Positions 29,690-42,231 are shown, counted from the first letter of the stretch. The stretch is 64,000 bases of DNA from Azolla caroliniana (GCA_043228905.1 JBHGNT010000007.1:1488001-1552000), one strand, 5' to 3'. Translations and numbers: made by a program. Notes: generated from the letters alone by a model not told the origin.

Positions 29690-30289
29690 AACACATTGAT
29701 GACGTGTTCTTATTCACAAAAGTGCAAAATAAAATTTTGAGCTATGGTGTTGGAAATATTTATTAAGAAACCAAAATATGTTCAAGATATACAACATAAT
29801 TATGTTGAATTCTTCTATATATTTATGGTTTTATTTCATATTGTTTCATGCATAGGAATGGAACATGACAAGCTAGTAAACAAACATTTCATGAACATTT
29901 GTGTCTAACCAACAATTGTGTGCGGATTTGCATGGTTGTACCAACTTGCAACAACATTGTTTTAAAAAAGAAACATATGTATAAGATGTGGGCTTCAACA
30001 AAAGTGAAGTTTGAAAACCTAACATTGTTTTAAAATGGTGAACGAGATGTGGGTTCTTTTAAATAGGCTTGCAACATGCCAATGACGAACAAGTGAAGAC
30101 CTAACCTTTAGAAAAGAACATATGTATAGGATGTGGGTTCTTTTAAAAACACTTGCAACTAGTCAATTACCTTGTTTAAAAAAATGTATATGATGTGGGT
30201 AATTTTAAAAACATTTTCAACAATCCAATAGGCGAACATGTGAAGATTTTTATAAGAGCTCAAATGTTCTTGTTTCCCTTCATCGAGTT

Positions 30290-33200
30290 ATGAATCAAGC
30301 ATTTCTTGGATTGAATGGAAAGGAATGGGAGAAGCTACCTAAGAACATGACAAGACAAGTCATGGTTTTGATGACAGTGTTGATGGTGGGAGGCGTGATG
30401 GGTGCCCGACACCATCATCCTAGTGGAGAGGGTGATGATGAGAATACCACTACAGTGTGTTTTCGAGAGCCAAGTAGCCCTTCTCTCTCTAGTTTCACTG
30501 AGGAGCTCCCCATACTACCGAGAATAGATGTCTCCACTGGAGTTCCTCTTGTTATAGGGGCTTATCGTATCAAGCAAAGGTTCCATACAGACCTCCCCTC
30601 TACTACCCTCTATGCCTTTGGTACCTCGCTTTCAACTGCCTATTCCCCAGGCCCTGTCCTTGAGGTAAAACTAAATCTGCTCTCATTTGTTTATGATGCC
30701 CACAACACTTTAACTATGTCCTATACAACAGACCTAAGGTGTAGAACTCCTCATACCTCATTAACTATGTTCTAGATTGATAGTGATGTCTAATATGCAT
30801 TAATGGATAACCTTTTATATTACATATAATTTGTAGTTCCGTAAGTTGGCCACATAAAATTGTAGAATAACAAGGGAGATGAAGAGATCTAGGGTTCTCC
30901 CTCTCTACATTATATTTTTTGCAAGCACATTATATTGGACTTACCTATCCAACAACCATTGCTTCAAACTCATTAATAGAAGAAAAGAGTCACTCATTTA
31001 CAAGGCAAGAGATTATATCAGAAAGGTTTTGCTCAAATAATTAAGATCACATCATAAATTTCCGTAAATGTACACCAAACACTTAGGCCATAATAACAAT
31101 TCGATGAATGCTCTTAGTTCTTCGAATATCAAAATAAATATTAGGATTTAGTAGTTAAAAAGATTAATTGCTTCATGTACAACAATCAACCATTGTAAAT
31201 AGAAAGGACCAAATAGGTATAGCTTAGTAGGATGGTTCTTTTGGTGAGGTTGCTTTAGTTCCTAGTTTTAGGGTGAGTATTTTGTGATACACTTTATAAG
31301 GGATGTTTGCATCAATATAATGCAAGAACGCCACCATTTCTAAGGGACAAATTTATTTTGTTTCATATTTTTTAGGTGAATAACACATAAAGCAAGAATG
31401 TTGCATTTTCAAAGGTTTGATTTGTAGATTAGAATACAAGAACCATCAACTTGAAAATGTATTAGCTTATAGGAAAAGCTCACAAAAGAAAGGTTGATTT
31501 GGAAAAAGTTCGTGATTTTTGCCGATCAACAAAAGAATAAGTGTTTACAATGAGAGGCAAGAGCTAGTTCATGTGCCCTCCTTCATTGTGCACATTTATC
31601 TAGTACATTGGTAGGTCTATGCCAAATGAGGGGCATTTTGCGAATGCCATGAAAATGTAAGAGGTATTAAGGCAAAATTCCCTCCAAACCTTTGTTTTCT
31701 TGATTTTGGAAATGGCTAGGTATTTTGGGAGTTTCATGAAAATGCGTAAATTGTTTAAACAAAGATGTTACAATGATAGAGTTCCATACTAGTTTAATGA
31801 TTGAAAGACAATATGGGATAACATATTTGATTCATAATTGGTTGAATGATTAAGTACTACATAGGACACAAATATCATAATTTCCTAATGATTCATATTA
31901 TTACATATTAACATTTGTTGCAGGCAAGGAGATACGTTCCAACAAGGATAAGGTGGGAGAATCACATAGAAGACAACACCCACATCCTACCAGTAGACAC
32001 AAGCATAGGAATTGCACGAGTGAGTCAAGGGGTACCAATAGTGGTCCATTTACATGGGGCAGAGGTAGAGAGCTTTGCAGATGGCAACCCAGATGCATGG
32101 TTCACATCCATGGGAGAAAGAGGAGAACAATACATCACACAAGACTATATATACCCAAACAGACAATCCCCATCCATGTTGTGGTACCATGACCACACAG
32201 TTGGTATAACACGACTTAATATTGCGGCGGGGCTATTTGGCCCTTACATCATTAGATCTCCCCTTGAAGAAGAGAGACTAGGCCTCCCTTCTGGTGCATA
32301 TGAAATTGTTCTAGTTTTCCAAGACAAGCGTTTTTTTGCAAATGGTGACATTCGGTTTCCAAATGTTGGTAGTAACCCAGATGTTCATCCGAAATGGTGT
32401 CTTGATTCGTTCGGTGATACCATGATTGTGAATGGGAAGGTTTGGCCGTTCTTGAATGTGGAGCCGAGACCTTACCGATTTCGTATGCTTAATGCCGACA
32501 CTGAACGATTCCTCAACTTGTCACTTGTGAGTTTTGCTTTTGCTTTCCTTGGTTGAGTTGTGTTTTATTATCTACCTTGGTAGTCAAACATGACTCGTGG
32601 AACTAAAATGGAACATTTTTCATGTAGTGTGTGCAGTTGATTAGTAAATTGGATGTTCATTATATATTTTATACTATTAAGAATGTCACTTAATTGTATT
32701 GCTTTGCCTTTGAGTTTTTCGCGGGCATACCACTAGAGATGTGAAAACTCTGTCAAAACCTGAACATATTGAATATCATTAGACAATGCTTAATGATTAG
32801 AAAATAAAATAATGTTATAATATTTGGCATCTTCAAACACAAAATATCGGAATGAGCCTTTTTCCAAATGATTTGAAATTGCATGTTTCTTTCCTTTCCT
32901 ATGTTGGAGGTATGTTGAGTCATTGTGCTATAGTTGCTCTTCTACTTTTGCTTTTGTAAATGGTGAATTGGTATTTGCGTACACACTACTTGTTTTGCTT
33001 TTATGTGCAAGGAATACGAATAAATAGAAGAGAGAGGCTATTGTTGAGAATATAATGGGGTACAATAATATTGATGTAGAGGGATACTTTTGAATGTTAA
33101 GATGAAGAGAGAGAATGTTGTTGGTGATATAGTGTGTTGATTTAATATAAATGTGGGTTTGATTTCTTTTATGAATAGCTATTTAGATCAGGAGATAATC

Positions 33201-34183
33201 TTCGATTCCATCAAATAGGCACTGATGGGGGCTATTTGCGTAATCCTCAAGTAATTGATAACTTATTAATTGCACCTGCTGAACGGGTTGACGTAATCAT
33301 TGAATTCAATAATATAAGACCGACGACACAAATAATGTTGAGAAACTCTGCAAGGCAAGTTGCTCTCCTTAAATATTTGCTTTGCTTAGAGTAATTGTTT
33401 TTTAAGCTAGGAAATGTTAAATTGAATGAGTTGGACATCAAAGCATTTTAAGCTAGGAAATGTTTCCACGTTAAGCTTCAACATGTAATGTTTGGTTATT
33501 CTTACCATGCAATGATATAAAGCAGGGCTCCCTTCCCAGATGGGGCGAATGGTCCAGGAAATACTAAAGACGTCATGAAGTTTATTATTTTGGAACCAAA
33601 ATCACCATACAACAACATCAATGGACTAGTACTCCCTCAACAAGAGTGGAATTTTCGAGTTTCTGATTTCACCACAACAAGGACTCATCGACTCATAGAC
33701 GTGTTTGGCCCAAATGCAAACATACCAGTGCAACTTCTCTTAGATAATTTGAGATGGGGAGATACTCCCACCGAGATTGTCCAAGAAGGCACGTCTGAGA
33801 TTTGGGAATTAATCAATCTCACCAATGAGGCTCACCCCATACACATACATTTGATTACATTCTTGGTTATGAATGTGCAAAGGTTTAATGTGGCAGGTTA
33901 TACAAATGGCACTTGTTCTCTAAGTATCGCTTACCCTATTGAAACATCATGCTTCTTAGGGTATCCATTAGAGGGTATAGGCATGCCTGCGTATCTCCAA
34001 GGTTGGAAGGACACTGTGATTGCAATGCCAGGCATGATCACACGTCTCGCCATCCGATTCACTGATCGTGATGGTCGTCGATTCCCATTTAATCCTAGCA
34101 CACGCCCTGGCTATGTTTGGCATTGCCACCTTTTGGGCCATGAAGACAATGACATGATGAGACCATTATTAGTCATTCTCTAA
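30290..34183 (+). CDS. LPR1: Multicopper oxidase, LPR1/LPR2 (CotA/bilirubin-oxidase-like) family, secreted
   Basis: Exons: 30290 (or 30347)-30664, 31924-32526, 33179-33354, 33526-34183. Signal-peptide-like QVMVLMTVLMVGGVMG. All four Cu motifs are present: HLHG, WYHDH, HPIHIH, HCHLLGHEDNDM. Intron 3 is GC-AG. Confidence 0.92.
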
Positions 34184-34737
34184 GTATTTTTCCTTGCTTG
34201 TTTAAAGGAACAAGTCCTAAAGGCTCAAAAGTAGAGGTGAACCAAATTAAATTGGTTAGGACACACTTCCTAAGGAGGTCGTTGTTGTTTTGAGGGGCTA
34301 CATAGTTCGAAAATTGATTGTCAAGCCTATATTTGAGGAAGATAACATAATTGTTTTTTATTCACATGTGGACATCTAAGTAATGATAATAATATATTTG
34401 ACAATGGAAAAAACTGGTAGTCTTTTTATTACAAATAAATACTTGGCAATGAAAATGGTTGAGCTTTGTATGCATCGACATTTCTTTGCGATGTTCACTC
34501 TTTGGATTTTGGAAATTATGACCACATTTTCAAGGTAGTGTGGATCAATTCTCAACTAAAATCATGAAGAAATTCTAAAACAATGCAACATGAAAATATC
34601 GCTTGACACTTGAACTCATGCTAATCTTAATGTTGCAAATAAAATACGTATAATTGGGACATCATGTTCACTATAAGGCATGTAATGCCTTATTTATTTA
34701 TTTGTTCTTCCATTTTTCAAGGTGGGATTATGATTAC

Positions 34738-35043
34738 TGTTGAGAATCAAGCTCAACCTAGTCTAGTGTGTGAACATACCCTTGAGAGTGTGCACTAAAA
34801 GGTCAAAAGTCACCACTCTTATCTACACATTAACTATGTGTCATAGAATCATATTCTGTGACACATAACTAATGAGTTCTCACATTCCCCATGACTTATG
34901 AGCTTCGATAGTTAATAAAGAGAGAGAGTGACTATATAAAGCACTCTCCTCCTACTTTGTAATGAGGTCGATTAATCTCCTTTGTAATATACATCTTCTT
35001 GAGTATTCTATTGTCTCTCAAAAATCTATCTTTTGTTTCCCTC

Positions 35044-35122
<79 letters not shown>

Positions 35123-35174
35123 CACACATCTCTCACCTATTCCGCTACACAAGAATCATACCCGATTCTTTACA
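34738..35174 (+). repeat. 5' LTR of the copia element
   Basis: Begins tgttgagaatc and ends ctttaca; contains TATATAAA and a (CT)n(CA)n tract; near-identical to 40331-40774. Confidence 0.96.
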
Positions 35175-35186
35175 TGTTATCAGAGC
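35175..35186 (+). other. Primer binding site (tRNA-iMet type)
   Basis: tgttatcagagc lies directly after the 5' LTR, one mismatch from the canonical TGGTATCAGAGC. Confidence 0.85.
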
Positions 35187-36024
35187 GGTTTGGTAGCTCC
35201 ATCTAGCCCATCCACATGTGTTGAGCTCTACGCCAACGTTCAAGAAGAACCGGCTCATCGCTATCGTAGTGCGACTACATAGCTCGTATTCAAGAGAGAA
35301 GAAGAAGGAAGAAATCTACATTGAACACCATGAATACTCAAATGGGGAGCGCTCTCCCTAGCGAGAAGTTGGACTAAAACAACTTCGCATCTTGGGAGTA
35401 CAAGATGCACCAATACCTTGTCGGCCAAGGCTATTGGGGTTACATCAAGGGAGCACAAGAAAATCGACCCGACCTGGAAGACGCCGACTACTCAACATGG
35501 GAGCAAGCGGCGAGTCGAGTAATGTATTGGTTGGCGACATGTGTTCACGACCACATGCTCGGTTACATTCGAGAAGCCGAGGCGCCAAAGGAAGCGTGGG
35601 AAAATCTACGAAAGATTTTCACTGCCAACACGACCGCGAGGAAGCTTCAACTCCGCCAAGAGTTGAACAACATCCAACAACGGGACATGTCCATCACAAG
35701 CTACACCTTGAGGATCAAGGAGCTTTGTGACTCGCTCAACTTAATAAGCGTTAATGTGGATGATGATGAGATGGTGCAAATATGCCTCGGCGGCCTTGCA
35801 CCACGGTTCGGCTTGATGAGAACCGCCGTCCTAGCAAGGGAGAATCCTTCCTCTTTCTTTGATCTTCAATCTATGTTATTGATCGAAGAGAATCATGTTC
35901 GAACAAGGAGCAACGCCTCGGAAGGCCACATGCTCTACACACATTCGAATGGAGGACGAGGATGCGGCCGAGCAAGAGGCCGATTCGGCCAAGGACGAGG
36001 TGGCGGACGAGGTTCGACATATGA

Positions 36025-36670
36025 TGTCGCGAAGATTCGCGCGTGCGTGTGCTACTCGAGCGACCACCGGGGTCTTGGACTGGGGAGGACGTTCGCGGAA
36101 TTATCAAAGCTAGATGACGATCAATGTAAGATTGGATGAAATTTGTTCACTTGAGAAGAAGAAAGATTGTACACCTGAGAAGTAGAAAAACATGAAGAAG
36201 ATAAAGACAAATATAATTATATTGATGATAGTGGTGTTGGTGATATCACATATTGAGCCCCCCTTACACAAGCCCAACTAGAGGCTTTTATAGGTCTTTC
36301 CATGCTTGTGACATGCACAAAACCATGGGCTAAAACCATGGTTTTGTGCACACGGTTTTGCTTATGTCATGCACAAACCATGGGTTTAGAATCATGGTTT
36401 TGTGCACATGGTTTTCTGTGGTTGTTTCATCTATAATTCGTATATAAAAAGGAAATACATAGAATCTACACTATATGATAGTTGTCCTAATGGTAAGGAT
36501 ATCATCTTGTATCTTAGAGGTGCAAGGTTCAAACCTTGCGTGCACCCCTGTGTATGAACTCAAGTGCCACTAGGCCTTAGGTTTATTTGCTAAGTGCATG
36601 TGCAATGTTGCACATCCTTGGTTTATTCGTCTCACTCGGTTTCACACCGTAGCCGAAAATCGTCACGACA
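36025..36670 (-). mobile_element. 646-bp solo LTR of an unrelated family nested in the copia gag
   Basis: Termini TGTCGCGA...TCACGACA; flanks ATGA / ACGA (4-bp TSD with one CpG transition). Removing the insert restores the gag frame (...GSTYDNNSQIRQ...). TATA (CCTATAAAAG) lies on the minus strand near 36290. Confidence 0.85.
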
Positions 36671-39600
36671 ACGACAACAATTCCCAAATTCGGCAACAAG
36701 ACGGAAGCCATCGAGGAACCTTCAGAAGAAGGGGGAGCTTCCATTCCGGTTTGAGTCGACAAAACTCGATCGAATATGGTTATTGCGGAAAAATCGGCCA
36801 CCATGAAGAAGAGTGCCGAAAGAAGAAGCGTGAGTCGGCTTCCACAAGCCGACAACTCACCAATTACGCCACCAACTCCGACTATGAAGATCATGGCGGA
36901 ATGTTTGTAATGAGACATAGAGCAAATCCTATGTCGGCCTCTACTTCGACTAATGCCTCCAATTCGGAAGATGTATGGTTCGTCGACTCCGGTGCTTCAA
37001 ACCATATGACGTCCCATCAAGAATGGTTCAAAGACCTTCGAGAGCTAGATCGACCCAGTTATGTCGAGACCAGAGACGACACCACTTATTCGATTTGGCA
37101 TGTCTGCAATGTCCCATTTGGGAAAGAAGGTAAACAAACTTGCATAAAAAATGTCTTACATGTACCCACCATAACGAAGAATTTGGTCTCGGTCGGCCAA
37201 ATTGTGGAGCAAGGGATGCAAGTTCGATTCAACCAAGGAGGAGGTTGCTTCATCGAGAAGGAAGGCCGACTAATTGCTCGTGGTTGAAGGGAAGACCAAA
37301 TGTTTATCCTCGAAGCGAACGAGGTAAAATCGGCCATGTTTGCAAAGGGCCTCAAACACAACACTGACATAGAGCTATGGCATAAAAGAATTGGCCATAT
37401 CAATCTCAACAAACTCAAGGCGATGCAATCGAAAGGAGTCATCATTGGGCTCCCGACCTTCAAAGAGAAAGAGATTGAAGGAGTATGTGAAGCATGCCAA
37501 TTCGGCAAGCAACATTGACACCCGTTCCCGAAGGAGAGGAATGTAAGCAAAGGCCTATTGGACGTAGTCCACTCGGATGTGTGGGGACCGGCACAGACGA
37601 CTACGTTTAGAGGATGTCGGTACTATGTTACCTTCATCGATTACTTCTCTAGATACACGTGGATCTTTCCCATGAGGATGAAGAGCGAAGTGTTTACACA
37701 CTTCCAAAAATTCAAAAGCGAAGTCGAAAAGACAACTAGGCGTCATGTACGATGTCTTCGGTCAGACGGAGGAAAGGAATACTTCTCCGATGCGTTCACG
37801 GCATACCTTCGACAAGAAGGAATTCGGTGAGAATTCACTTGCTGACACACACCACGACAGAACAGTGTAGCCAAACGCAAGAATCGACACATCTCGAAGT
37901 AGCAAGGGCCATGCTAAATGAGAAGCATATGCCCAAGTCATATTGGGTAGAATATGCAAATACCGCCGTCTACCTCATGAACTGGTGCACAATATCCGGA
38001 GTGCACGAGGTCACCCCACACGAGAAATACTATGGGAAGAAGCCGGATCTATCCCCTGTAAGGATATTCGGCTCCATTGCATACATGCACATTCCCGATG
38101 AGAAGTGGTAGAAGCTTGACCCAAAATCAGAGAAGTGCATCCTCGTGGGGTACTCACAGGAGCAAAAAGGGTACAAGTGCTTCAACCCCTCTACTCGGAA
38201 GACTCGTGTAAGTCGGGATGTCGTCTTTGACGAATCGACATCATGGTACAACTACAAACCTGAACCGACTCCTCCCGAACCATCTACGAACGACCTCGAC
38301 AACACAGAAGACGATGATCAACTAAGGTCAATACTCGAAGAGAGTCCGATCTCAACTAGATTGAGCGGACCACAAGATCCTCTGAGCAACCAAAGCTCAT
38401 CTCGGTCAAGTCCAAAGATGGACAAAGGGAAGGCCAAAATGCCGGAATATGAAGACGATCACTTCAATGGCAACGAATCGACTCATTCACTCGATAGTGA
38501 GTTCGATGGCTTTGATGTGCCTCTTATGAGGTCACCTTGAGTTGAGAAAGCATTCACACTGGCAAATGAGAAACTCCGTCACTCCACCCGAGAGAAGAAT
38601 CGGGTTAGCTAATTCGGCTACAACGACTATATGGCATACCACTATGCCTTTATGATGAAGGTGGCAATAGTTTGAGAACCGGAGAACTTTGTCGAAGCTG
38701 CTAAAGATCCTCAATGGGTCGAAGCGATGAATGAGGAGATGCAAGCTCTCAACAAGAATGAGACATGGGATCTCGTCCCTCACTCACCGCACAAGAAGGC
38801 AATCGGCTGCAGATGGATATACAAAGTGAACTATAATGCCGACAATTCCGTCAACCACTACAAAGCTCAACTCGTAGCAAAGGGCTATGCACAAACACAG
38901 GGTGTCGACTATGAAGAGACCTTTGCCCCGGTGGCAAAGATGACAACTGTGCGAACCGTGATAGCGCTTGTAGCAATGAAAGGGTGGCACCTCCACCAGA
39001 TGCATGTCAAGAACACTTTTCTTCAAGGCGAATTAGAAGAGGTGTACATGGTACAACCACCCGGCTTCGAATCCAACATTCATCCGAAAGCCATCTGCCG
39101 ACTCAAGAAGCCTCTCTACGGCCTTAAGCAAGCACCACGTGCTTGGCATTCAAAGATAACACAATATCTTTATCGAATCGGCTTCCGAATGTCAAAATCC
39201 GACAATTCTCTCTATGTAAGAAGCGATTCCGAAAGTCCGATCATCATCATCCTGTACGTGGATGATCTGGTCATTGGAGGTGAGCATCTAATCGACATCA
39301 ACAAGGTCAAATCCCTCCTTTCCAACAAATTTGAGATGAAGAACATGAAAGAGATCCATTACTTCCTTGGCATCGAGGTGATTCAGACTCCAGCTAGGAT
39401 TATGATCTCCCAACGGCACTACATTCTCAACTTGTTATACAAGTTCGGGATGATTGAGCGCAAGTCTGTGGCAACACCTCTTGACCGAAACCTCAAACTA
39501 GATGCCAATTCTGGCACCACAGAGTGTGAGCCGACTCAGTATTGACAACTGATCGGTAGTCTTATCTACCTCACGATCACTCGACCAAACCTGAGCTATC

Positions 39601-40207
39601 CGGTCGGACTTCTTAGCCAGTTCATGCAAACGCCATGAGATATCCATTTGGATTGTGCTAAGAGAGTGCTACGATACGTGAGCGGAACAATGGACTATGG
39701 CATTCTCTATAAGTCGGCCACGTCAATTAAACTCGAGGGGTACACAGATGCCGACTGGGCAGGCTACAAAGCCGACCGACGATCAACCTCTGGTTTTGTT
39801 TTCTCCCTCGGAAGTGGAGCCATCTCTTGGAGTAGCAAGAAGCAACCAACCGTCGCTCTTTCGAGCACAGAGGCCGAATATAGGGGCGCGACGGTGGCTG
39901 CATGTGAAGCCGTATGGCTCAAGAGGATATTAAAGGATCTGGGCGTTCCCATCAAAGATCCAATTCTCCTTTATTGCGACAACATGAGCAGTATTTGTCT
40001 GGCTCGGAACCCGATGTTCCACGCACACACAAAGCATATCGAAGTGCACTATCACTTCATTCAAGAGCGTGTTCAGGCTGACGATGTCGACCTTCAACAT
40101 ATGTCTACGAATCTTCAAACAACCGACATCTTCACCAAAGCCCTAGGAGCCGACAAGCTTCGGCAATTCCTGTCAGACCTTGGGTTGATGGTCCTTGACT
40201 TGCCAAG

Positions 40208-40330
40208 CTTGAGGGGGAGTACAAGCGAAAATCAGACACCGTCTGAACCGGATACGAGCCGGATGTACCGGATACGAGCCGAAGCGGACATAAACCGAAG
40301 TAGCCGACCAAAATTGAGCTCTAGGGGGCT
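40208..40330 (+). other. Polypurine tract region of the copia element (two PPT-like tracts)
   Basis: ttgagggggag at the end of RNase H (SLRGS) and ctagggggct abutting the 3' LTR. Confidence 0.75.
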
Positions 40331-40636
40331 TGTTGAGAATCAAGCTCAACCTAGTCTAGTGTGTGAACACACCACCCTTGAGAGTGTGCACTCAAAGGTC
40401 AAAAGTCACCACTCTTATCTACACATTAACTATGTGTCCTAGAATCATATTCTATGACACATAACTAATGAGTTTTCACATTCCCCATGACCCATGAGCT
40501 TCGGTAGTTAATGAAGAGAGAGAGTGACTATATAAAGCACTCTCCTCCTACTTTGTAATGAGGTTGATTAATCTCCTTTGTAATATACATCTTCTTGAGT
40601 ATTCTATTGTCTCTCAAAAATCTATCTTTTGTTTCC

Positions 40637-40721
<85 letters not shown>

Positions 40722-40774
40722 ACGCACATCTCTCACCTATTCCGCTACACAAGAATCATACCCGATTCTTTACA
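40331..40774 (+). repeat. 3' LTR of the copia element
   Basis: Matches the 5' LTR with roughly a dozen substitutions (by eye), a small indel and different SSR lengths. Confidence 0.96.
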
Positions 40775-41964
40775 ATTACGTATATAATTGCTTTTATCCC
40801 TATGACCAATGGCATTTGGGGAAATAATGTAAATGTAGGGGTATGGAACAAGGAATTACATGATGTAGGGTCAAACTACTTCAATGTTAGGGGCCACAAT
40901 TGCTATGTTTCTAGATCTCACCAGTGTACAAAAAAGTGGTTTGCGCAAGGTTCTATTGTGAATATTGGTTTTGGAATTGCTAATTTGTAGGTTCTATGTT
41001 TATTCATAGATTATGGACTTTTGGGTTAAGGGTAAATAATTAAATTTAGATATACGATACACTAATTAGAACCTTTAAGTTATCATATGAATGCTCATTT
41101 GTTATAACTTGCACATCCTAACATACACTTCTTCTTCGTCTATGTTTTCCCATTATAGGGTCGTACACAGAGTATGGAACATTTCCTAAAGATAGGCATC
41201 AAATCAAGAAATGATGGATAATTAATTGACTATCCCAATAAGGAAGTGTTTCTAATGGGAAACATTTCCATGATCACTACATATATGAAAAACATCTTAT
41301 CATTGTCTCACCTTGCATCATGCTACTATGAATGGGGAGAAGAGAGTTTGAGTATTGGGAGTACAAATAGCGTGGTTGCAAAATTTGAATGTTCTTGTAA
41401 ATCATATTCATCAATTAGTGATTATACCTCATTGTCATTCAAAATAAGGACCAAAGTATCTAGGACACATATTCTTGTCACTCAAGGATGGTTCAACATA
41501 TTTGCTTGGTTAATCACTCATTGTCCACATTACCATTCCTGACACTTTAATCTCAGTCTTATGCCTAAGTTGTTTGGATAAACCCAACGTATCAATACCC
41601 TCCCAAGGCCTCCACAACTCAACTATATGTGGCTCTAAATAGATTGTCCATCATTTTCTCTTTTTGAAGAGGTTACATTAACATGACTAGCTTTATCGTG
41701 GTAACTGTTGACATGGTTGATGTGGGAATATGAACAATACTTCTTGAGGTTGTGATAAACCTGAGTGTTGATGGTGTGGAGGTTTCATAAAAGTATATTC
41801 TCGATGGTCGTGGAGATGAAGGAGATGGTCGGTTTCGACATGCGAGAGGATAGTTGTGGGCTAACAAATGTGGCCCACTATGTTTTATTCCAAGGTGGAG
41901 AATATGTTAAAGGAAAACAAAGGAAGATTGTTCTCATTAGGGAACCGGAGGACATGCTCACATT

Positions 41965-42231
41965 CAAACAGAGGATAAACTTCAATGCTCATTACATGGT
42001 ATGTGGAACATGGACCTACTTTGTGGATATGTTGAGTATGGTATGTTGGTATGGTTATATTGAAGATCTTTAGTACATGTTGAACCAGATGCAAACAGAG
42101 GGTGTATCCCCAAGTCTGGCTATCTTTGTCTGCAACATGAAGAAGATGGGTTCTAGAGGCTCCTAACTATAGAAACATGGATGTTTTGATGAAACACTAA
42201 AAGTTTTGAGATGATGGAGCTTGATGGCATC
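41965..42231 (+). pseudogene. Degenerate PLS-class pentatricopeptide repeat (PPR) fragments
   Basis: Fragments GYVEYG, GYIEDL*YMLNQMQTEGVSPSLAIFVC and KHGCFDETLK-FEMMELDGI resemble PPR helices; they are broken by stops and frameshifts. Confidence 0.65.

Larger units (their letters stand above)
34738..40774 (+). mobile_element. Full-length Ty1/copia LTR retrotransposon, inactivated, with a nested solo LTR
   Basis: TG...CA LTRs at 34738-35174 and 40331-40774; 5-bp TSD ATTAC at 34733-37 and 40775-79. Domain order: gag (from 35330), Zn knuckle, PR (WFVDSGASNHM), GAG-pre-integrase/INT (WHKRIGH..CEAC, HSDVWGP), RT (YVDD), RNase H (YTDADWAG). It has multiple in-frame stops and a frameshift near 37895. 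Confidence 0.97.
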
